64,000 nucleotides of DNA. Origin: Candidatus Hodarchaeota archaeon. GTDB lineage: Archaea; Asgardarchaeota; Heimdallarchaeia; Hodarchaeales; Hodarchaeaceae. The first letter of the stretch is position 1. Each line of letters begins with the position of its first letter. The notes below the pieces were generated by a model, which saw only the letters and a list, made by a program, of their open reading frames with translations, did not search any database and had not been told where the DNA came from. The translations under genes and the position numbers were made by a program. The DNA lies in assembly GCA_029856365.1 (NCBI GenBank), contig JAHQWW010000008.1, positions 1 through 64,000 on the forward strand, given 5' to 3'. This document shows, piece by piece, positions 57,492 through 64,000 of this stretch.

Positions 57492-59009
57492 TTATAGAGG
57501 CCAACTAGCAGTTGCCATTAGATCCAATAAGAGTGCTGGTAATATTCCAAGGAGTAATGTAAAGAAACATAGGAACCCAAAGACGGCATATTGAGACCAG
57601 TGTGATATATCATGTACATATTCCAATTCAGGATTTACATCACCAAATACTGTCCTTTGTAACATCCATAGATAGTATGCTGCTGTAAAAATAATTCCGA
57701 GAACTCCAATTAAAGCTAATCCTCTACCAAATTCACCCCAATTGAATAAAGCAACGAAAGCAAGCAATTCAGACCAAAATCCAGCTAATCCTGGTAACCC
57801 AGCACTAGCAAACGATCCATAGACCATAACCCCCGCGGTCACAGGCATATTCTTTGCTATTCCTTTAAGTTTAGGAATATCTCGGGTGTGAGCAGCATGT
57901 CCAATAGTACCAGCAACAAAGAACATTAGGGGAGAGATAATTCCATGTGCAATTTGCATGTACATTGCACCAGCGAATCCTATAGGGGATTGAGTAGCAC
58001 ATCCAAGAAGAATAATTCCCATATGGCCAACTGATGAATAAGCAACAAGACTTTTCATATCAACTTGGCGAAGAGCAACCCAAGAACCATATAATAGCGA
58101 AACCAATCCAATAATTGCGACCAACCAGGCAAACTCCGAAAGGGCATCAGGTAAAAACCAACCACCCATTCTTAATAAGCCATAACCACCCATTTTCAAG
58201 AGTAGCCCAGCTAGAATCATTGAACCTGGTGTAGGGGCTTCAACGTGAGCTAAAGGCAACCAAGTATGGAAAGGAACACTAGGTACTTTCACTATAAATC
58301 CAAATAATAATGCTAGAAAGATCAGGAGAACAAATGGACCAGTTCCGAATTGATCAGCCATGCTAGCTAATTCAGTAAATGAAAAAGTACCAATTCCTGT
58401 AAGAGTATATTTGGATGACTCTAACCAAAGACCTACAATTCCTAAAATCATGACTAAAGACGCAACATGTGTATAGATAAAGAAGTAGATTGCTGCATAT
58501 TCTTTTTTAGGACCACCCCATATTCCGATTAGGAAAAACATCGGAACCAAGACCAATTCCCAAGCAACATAAAATATAACAAAATCTATTGCAAGAAATG
58601 TTCCAATGAGGCCTGTCTCAAGAAGCATTATCATTGCATAATATGCAGGTTCTCTCTCATGAATTTCTTTGAATGAAGCAAGGACTGCTACCAAAAATAT
58701 GAATCCACTTAATAAGACCAAAGGTAGGCTTAATCCATCAACTCCGAGTGAATAACTCATTCCAATTGCTTCAATCCAAGGAATTTCTTCTATTAAATCC
58801 CAACGACCGGTAGGAGGTTGTTCATACATCATCAAGGCCATAATTGCTAATACCATGACAACAACACTAATAACAAGTGCAAACCACTTTGAAAGCTCAT
58901 TACGAACACGACCTACTAGCCATGTCGGAAATGCTGCCAAAATTGGCAGTAAGAAGATCAGAGATAGTATTCCGATATTAAGATCACCAAAACTTAATTG
59001 TGTCAACAT
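57492..59009 (-). CDS. nuoM: complex I-like subunit M
   Basis: LGVDGLS, WELVLVPM, HTWLPLAHVEAP, LLKMGGYG. Confidence 0.93.
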   Translation of the reverse strand: MLTQLSFGDLNIGILSLIFLLPILAAFPTWLVGRVRNELSKWFALVISVVVMVLAIMALMMYEQPPTGRWDLIEEIPWIEAIGMSYSLGVDGLSLPLVLLSGFIFLVAVLASFKEIHEREPAYYAMIMLLETGLIGTFLAIDFVIFYVAWELVLVPMFFLIGIWGGPKKEYAAIYFFIYTHVASLVMILGIVGLWLESSKYTLTGIGTFSFTELASMADQFGTGPFVLLIFLALLFGFIVKVPSVPFHTWLPLAHVEAPTPGSMILAGLLLKMGGYGLLRMGGWFLPDALSEFAWLVAIIGLVSLLYGSWVALRQVDMKSLVAYSSVGHMGIILLGCATQSPIGFAGAMYMQIAHGIISPLMFFVAGTIGHAAHTRDIPKLKGIAKNMPVTAGVMVYGSFASAGLPGLAGFWSELLAFVALFNWGEFGRGLALIGVLGIIFTAAYYLWMLQRTVFGDVNPELEYVHDISHWSQYAVFGFLCFFTLLLGILPALLLDLMATASWPL

Positions 59010-59043
59010 TTGTCTTCAACCTTTATTCTTATTATTCCTTCTT

Positions 59044-61284
59044 TTAGAGAGGTACCACCCCTGCTACAATAATCGCAACAACGATGAGAAAAATCGCTCC
59101 CAAGAGGGTATATAGAGCGTAATTTTCAACTACTCCCGTCTGTATTCGACGTAAATAACCCCCTGTTTTCATAACTCCTTTAGCTGAATTTCGAATAATA
59201 CCATGATCAATTACCCGTTCATCTGTGGTTTTAGCTAAACTACATAGAGCTAAGGAAGCTCGTGCAGTCAATCGAACCAACCCATCAACAACATGGTCAT
59301 CACACCATTTGGAAAGTCCACAAAGTTCATATCCCCCCCAACCAACAAGTCTAACAGCACCATCGAAGACGTTTTGTTCTATCCAATTCATTGCGGCGCA
59401 ATATTTAGCATCTACAAAATAAACCAGTGCTAAGTAGAGATCATCGATATAATACCCTTTTTCTAGAATCCGTTGAATGCCTCTACCAAGTATTGTTGAC
59501 TTTATTTTTCGAGTAATGGAACGAAAACCACCCTGTAGCACCGCGATACTATCAGGATCTGCCACTTCAATATTGAATGATGGTTCTCCCTTAGGAAAGC
59601 TAACTTTCGCATCAGCTCGGGGGTAATAAATCAGATAGGCCAATAGGATTCCAAGAACTGCTAAGACTATAGAAGATATTCCAACAATCCAATCAAAGTC
59701 TAATGCATGTTCATGAGGTTGTAACCAGTGAACAAGATGATGTTCAAAAGAAAGATCTGGAAGGAAAAGCCCTATTGTGAAATAACCTGCAAGCACTAAA
59801 GAAACAATAGCCAAAATCCACAAAGGAATCGTCATCCAATGATCAGATTCGTGGACATGATGACCTGGAAGACGATTTGTTCCTGGAAACACCACAAACC
59901 ATAATCTAAAAATATAAAAAGCCGTTAAAAATGCAGTAATAATAGATGATAACCAAACTAACGCAATTAGTTGTTCATGTAGTGTTGAAAGACCAGAATA
60001 ATGAAGAGCATGTAAAATTATTGCATCTTTACTGAAAAAACCATTACCAATTCCAGCGAGAGAGAGTGAACCAATTAACATTACTTTCCATGTATGAGGC
60101 ATTTTTTCTTGTAATCCTCCCATTTCTCTAATATCCTGACTTCCAGATCCATGAATAACAGAACCCGCGGACAAAAACAATAAAGCTTTGAAAATCCCAT
60201 GGTTAATAATATGGAAAACCGCCACAGCCATTCCACCAACACCCAAACCAATTGTCATATAGCCTAATTGGCTGATTGTAGAATAAGCTAGTATCCCCTT
60301 AATATCTGTCTTTACTAACGCAATAGTTCCAGATAAAATAGCAGTTATACCTCCAATTAATGCAACCACCAATAAAGCTTCCTTACTTGCATATTCAAAC
60401 ACAAAATAACTGCGGGCTACCAAGAATATCCCAGCTTTCACCATGGTTGCAGAATGAATTAAGCAGCTAACAGTGGTTGGTCCTGCCATGGCATCTGGTA
60501 GCCAAACATGGAGTGGAAATTGAGCAGATTTCCCTATAGCACCCCCAAAGATTAAGAGAGCGATCATTATAAATAACATGGGATCTATATTAAGAGTTCC
60601 TGCTTCTAGCATATGACGGATTTCGAGAAAATCGAATGTAGGATGATTTACAGCAAGAGTCTCTAAATAAAGAAGAATAATGCCAACAAATAGAAATACA
60701 TCTCCTACTTTTGTTGTTAGAAAAGCTTTCTTTGCTGCTGATGCAGGATGAGGTTGTCCTTCTGGAACAACATCTTTATCGTAAAAATAACCAATCAACA
60801 GATATGAGCAAACACCCATGATTTCCCAGAATAGAAATAATTGAATCATATTTGGTGAAAAAACTAAGCCCAACATTGCTGCAGCAAATAAGTTAATCTC
60901 TGCATAATAACGTGGCGACCCATCATGCGCCATATAACTACGACTATAAATAGCAACCAGAAATGAGACCAAAGCGACCATTAAACTAACTACAGCAGAT
61001 AATGGATCCAATAAAATTCCAAAATCTAGAGATACATCACCAATGCGAATCCATTCCATCAAAATTAATGATTCCTCGATATGTTCTTCCGCGAAGAGTC
61101 GAAGCAAGACTTCCCCTGAAACGATAATAGTTAATATAAAACTAACGCCCAATGCAATGAGGGCAAAAATATTCCCATGAGCTTTTTTGTCCACAAATTT
61201 ACCAAAGAAAATGGTTATGAATGCAAAAATGATGGGAATAATGGGAATGAGATAAGCAAAACCACCAAAGACTAATTCCGACAT
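59044..61284 (-). CDS. nuoL: complex I-like subunit L
   Basis: FWEIMGVCSYLLIG, GKSAQFPLHVWLPDAMAGPT, LAYSTISQLG. Confidence 0.94.
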   Translation of the reverse strand: MSELVFGGFAYLIPIIPIIFAFITIFFGKFVDKKAHGNIFALIALGVSFILTIIVSGEVLLRLFAEEHIEESLILMEWIRIGDVSLDFGILLDPLSAVVSLMVALVSFLVAIYSRSYMAHDGSPRYYAEINLFAAAMLGLVFSPNMIQLFLFWEIMGVCSYLLIGYFYDKDVVPEGQPHPASAAKKAFLTTKVGDVFLFVGIILLYLETLAVNHPTFDFLEIRHMLEAGTLNIDPMLFIMIALLIFGGAIGKSAQFPLHVWLPDAMAGPTTVSCLIHSATMVKAGIFLVARSYFVFEYASKEALLVVALIGGITAILSGTIALVKTDIKGILAYSTISQLGYMTIGLGVGGMAVAVFHIINHGIFKALLFLSAGSVIHGSGSQDIREMGGLQEKMPHTWKVMLIGSLSLAGIGNGFFSKDAIILHALHYSGLSTLHEQLIALVWLSSIITAFLTAFYIFRLWFVVFPGTNRLPGHHVHESDHWMTIPLWILAIVSLVLAGYFTIGLFLPDLSFEHHLVHWLQPHEHALDFDWIVGISSIVLAVLGILLAYLIYYPRADAKVSFPKGEPSFNIEVADPDSIAVLQGGFRSITRKIKSTILGRGIQRILEKGYYIDDLYLALVYFVDAKYCAAMNWIEQNVFDGAVRLVGWGGYELCGLSKWCDDHVVDGLVRLTARASLALCSLAKTTDERVIDHGIIRNSAKGVMKTGGYLRRIQTGVVENYALYTLLGAIFLIVVAIIVAGVVPL

Positions 61285-61299
61285 GAGTAATTCTTCCTT

Positions 61300-61614
61300 C
61301 TAACCTTTGAGTTTAACAAAATCTGTAGCATCTATTGTCCCATGGGTTCGAAAAATCGATAGGATGATCCCCAGGCCGACTGCGGCTTCAGCTGCTGCTA
61401 AAGCAATACTGATAATAACACCCACATGTCCAGTAACAAAAGTAAGATCATTATACAGTGCAAAAATTGCAAAATTGATATTAGCAGAATTTATCATGAT
61501 TTCAATTGATATCAGCATTCGTACTGCTGATTGAGACTTAATGAATCCTGCAAAGCCAATTAAAAACAAAATAAGGGCAATTCCAACAAATACCCAAGCA
61601 TCTAAGTCAGTCAT
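61300..61614 (-). CDS. nuoK: complex I-like subunit K
   Basis: LISIEIMINSANINF…AAAEAAVGL. Confidence 0.92.
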   Translation of the reverse strand: MTDLDAWVFVGIALILFLIGFAGFIKSQSAVRMLISIEIMINSANINFAIFALYNDLTFVTGHVGVIISIALAAAEAAVGLGIILSIFRTHGTIDATDFVKLKG

Positions 61615-62168
61615 ATGTCTTCAACCTCTTTTTTTACTAGATAAACACTACCAAGCATTGCTGCAAGTAAAAGGAATCCTAGCACTAATATTGTCCCTCC
61701 ATGAACCGTGAATAACATCTTGGCCATGTCTCTTATTAAATCTATTTCACTAGGCTTGTTGGTCAGGTCAGGTTTTTGCCAAAAAATGCTACTGACTCGT
61801 GAAAGTACATAAAGCGCAATAAGGAGTAAAATGAAGCTCCCTGCAAAACTTAATCGCCAATCTAATAATTTCAAATCTTTTTGTTCCTCAAACATTGCTT
61901 CTTTTCCAGAAAGGGAAATTGCAAAAACAAATAAAACGGTGATTCCTCCAGCATATACAATCATCTGAATAACTAAGAGAAGAGATGACTCAGCATAGAG
62001 TAAAAAGATCATAGCAACACCTAACAGGGTGAATACAAGCCATAGTACAGCATGGTAGACACTTTTAACTGTAACAGCTAGGAATGCTGACCCTATTGTA
62101 TATCCAATCAATATAAAGAAAAAAAATAATTCTAGAGTTTGAAATAACTCCGTAGGAATTAAAGCCAT
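61611..62168 (-). CDS. nuoJ: complex I-like subunit J
   Basis: HAVLWL…QMIVYAGGITVLFVF. Confidence 0.9.
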   Translation of the reverse strand: MALIPTELFQTLELFFFFILIGYTIGSAFLAVTVKSVYHAVLWLVFTLLGVAMIFLLYAESSLLLVIQMIVYAGGITVLFVFAISLSGKEAMFEEQKDLKLLDWRLSFAGSFILLLIALYVLSRVSSIFWQKPDLTNKPSEIDLIRDMAKMLFTVHGGTILVLGFLLLAAMLGSVYLVKKEVEDI

Positions 62169-62170
62169 TT

Positions 62171-62797
62171 TTAATCATCCAGTTCCTTATTCTCAGAAGT
62201 TAAAAATTCCTCAATTGATTTACCATATGTTTCAACATACTTTTGCTGTTGCTGTTCATACTCTTTTGGATAATACAATTTATAAACATCGTATAAATCA
62301 AAATAAGTGTAATATAAATCTTCCTTTTTTGAGGTAGCCCCATCAAATCCAGCTGAATGATATAAGGCATCATATCTGCATGCTTCGACACAAAAACCAC
62401 AATACATACATCGCCCAATAAAGATTTGAGGAGATTCTAATGGCCGTTTCTTTTCCCAATGAGGAGGTTGAGGATCAAGTAACTTCATTTCTATACATTT
62501 ATTGGGACAAGCTCTTTCACAGGCCTTACAACCAGTACAATTCATAAGATTTAAGGCTATTAATCCACGAAAATTAGGTGAAATATGTGGTGTGTGATTG
62601 AAAACGTCCGAAAGAGATAGATCTCTATCTAAGACAGTTTGTCCTTTTTTAGCGAGCTCTTTTGGAAAATAAATGGTATTCTTGTTTCTACGATCGCCAT
62701 CAGGTATTGTAATTGGTTTTTTTAAGAAAATATGTCGGAAGATGTAAGCCAATGGACGAGTAATTAAAATATTTGGAATATAACGGAAATTTACCAT
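62171..62797 (-). CDS. nuoI: complex I-like subunit I (2x[4Fe-4S])
   Basis: CTGCKACERACP and CMYCGFCVEAC. Confidence 0.92.
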   Translation of the reverse strand: MVNFRYIPNILITRPLAYIFRHIFLKKPITIPDGDRRNKNTIYFPKELAKKGQTVLDRDLSLSDVFNHTPHISPNFRGLIALNLMNCTGCKACERACPNKCIEMKLLDPQPPHWEKKRPLESPQIFIGRCMYCGFCVEACRYDALYHSAGFDGATSKKEDLYYTYFDLYDVYKLYYPKEYEQQQQKYVETYGKSIEEFLTSENKELDD

Positions 62798-63964
62798 TTA
62801 AGGAACCACTCCGAAGAATTGGGGATAGTACAGCATAATTAATACAATATAGATTATATTTAAAATTGCTAGAGGAATTAGTCCCTTCCATCCAATGTCT
62901 AGTAACTGGTCTGGTCTTACCCTTGGTAATGAAGCACGTACCCAGATATACAAGAAGATAAATATCCACAGTTTCACTAAAATAATTAAAAACGCAAGAA
63001 GGTGAATTGTCTCAATTTCGTGCTTAAAGAGATTAAAGGGTAAATAAGGTCCTCCCCAGAAGAGAAATACTCCTATAAACGCACCAATCAAGAGGATGAA
63101 ATATTCAGTCGCCATGGACATCATATATCGAAAACCAGTAAGTTCAGTTCGCCAACCCATAACTAATTCTGCTTCAGCTTCAGGAATATCAAAGGGGACT
63201 CTCTCTGTTTCTGCTGTTAGTGCAGCCATGAAAATAATAAATCCTATAGGCATTAGAATAGCAAAAGGAAGAAGCAGAGTTGCTTGTTGTTTAGCAATTT
63301 CAACAAATGAAAAAGAATTGGTTACCAATACAACTGATGCAATAGAAAGCATCAATGGAATCTCGTAACTAATCATTTGAACTGCTGATCGAAATCCTCC
63401 TATGAGAGAGTATTTATTGTTTGAAGACCATCCTGTAATAAGAACACCAACAGGATATAAAGAAAAAAGAGCAAATATAAGTAAGAAACCTACAGCAGGA
63501 TCTGCAATTACCAAGGTTGCACCTAAAGGTAACAATGCCCCTAGTATGAATGGCGGAGCTACAACAAAAGCAAAAAATCCAACATTAAAAGGAAATTTAT
63601 CTGCTTTTTCAGGTACAATATCTTCCTTAGAGAAAAATTTCAGGAACTCGGCAATGTTCTGTAATAATCCAAATTTCCATGTTCTACCGAAGAAATGCCC
63701 ATAGTTGAAATCAATAAAGACTGGGCCGCGTGCAGTCCATGCCCTACCTGATGATATCTTCCTTTCTAACCAGATTAACAAAATTGTATTGACAATTAGA
63801 AATACGAGGATAGTTGTCATTTCCAATGAATCAATTACAAATGACCTTATTGGGCCTATGTGCTCAGGAGGAACTAATGGTTCAATTAAAAGAGGTATGA
63901 TCCCTGGCCACCATTCCCAGCCATCTAAAAGCCAATCATACAAACCATAACCCATAATCTTCAC
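62798..63964 (-). CDS. nuoH: complex I-like subunit H
   Basis: ERK, GLLQ…KED, SNNKYSLIGG.R, SYEIP, PFDIPEAEAEL. Confidence 0.93.
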   Translation of the reverse strand: MKIMGYGLYDWLLDGWEWWPGIIPLLIEPLVPPEHIGPIRSFVIDSLEMTTILVFLIVNTILLIWLERKISSGRAWTARGPVFIDFNYGHFFGRTWKFGLLQNIAEFLKFFSKEDIVPEKADKFPFNVGFFAFVVAPPFILGALLPLGATLVIADPAVGFLLIFALFSLYPVGVLITGWSSNNKYSLIGGFRSAVQMISYEIPLMLSIASVVLVTNSFSFVEIAKQQATLLLPFAILMPIGFIIFMAALTAETERVPFDIPEAEAELVMGWRTELTGFRYMMSMATEYFILLIGAFIGVFLFWGGPYLPFNLFKHEIETIHLLAFLIILVKLWIFIFLYIWVRASLPRVRPDQLLDIGWKGLIPLAILNIIYIVLIMLYYPQFFGVVP

Positions 63965-64000
63965 CTATCGATCGATTTCTCCCATACAAAGGTCTATGCT
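63965..64000 (-). CDS. nuoD: C-terminus of complex I-like subunit D (partial, runs off window)
   Basis: Own translation: SIDLCMGEIDR*. Confidence 0.8.
   Translation of the reverse strand, partial: SIDLCMGEIDR

Noticed and set aside
1-64000. Short antisense or nested ORFs in the track (e.g. 25170-25529, 25952-26281, 27833-28150, 63402-63704), and tRNA/rRNA/CRISPR/IS elements
   Set aside because: The ORFs are shadows of well-supported genes; no tRNA cloverleaf, rRNA, repeat-spacer array or transposase was recognised by eye.

Overview
AT-rich archaeal chromosomal segment, most likely from an Asgard archaeon (Heimdallarchaeia-like; inferred from an ESCRT-II Vps22-like gene, eS25, an HMf-type histone, archaeal thermosome/proteasome/LeuRS and archaeal lipid enzymes). 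The left third (1-22 kb) is a partly disrupted nitrogen-heterocycle catabolic neighbourhood. It has two amidohydrolases (one SsnA-like), a cyclic amidohydrolase, two knotted-type carbamoyltransferases, carbamate kinase and a fold-II PLP enzyme. Accessory genes interrupt it: a B12/radical-SAM gene bracketed by a 66-bp duplication of a gene 3' end, a divergent TrmB-arsM pair, and GNAT genes with in-frame stops. The remainder is mostly housekeeping: histone, two thermosome subunits, Rpo6, eS17, eS25, KaiC-like ATPase, AGPS-like and GlpD-like flavoproteins, TatD, SHMT-like, DGGGP synthase, stomatin, a proteasome beta+alpha pair, LeuRS, Hsp20, UppP, geranylgeranyl reductase and a complex I-like nuo(D)HIJKLMN operon. 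Best novelty candidates: (1) a polybasic/polyproline/WH2-like protein with a SNAP-like C-terminus (6203-7006); (2) an archaeal counterpart of the ygeW/hyuA/yqeA/ssnA anaerobic purine-degradation cluster; (3) a stand-alone Vps22-like gene; (4) a GluRS-N-domain nucleotidyltransferase; (5) a Cys-tailed TrmB as a possible arsenic sensor. No rRNA, tRNA, CRISPR array or transposase was recognised. Family assignments come from motif recognition by eye and recalled reference sequences, not database searches.
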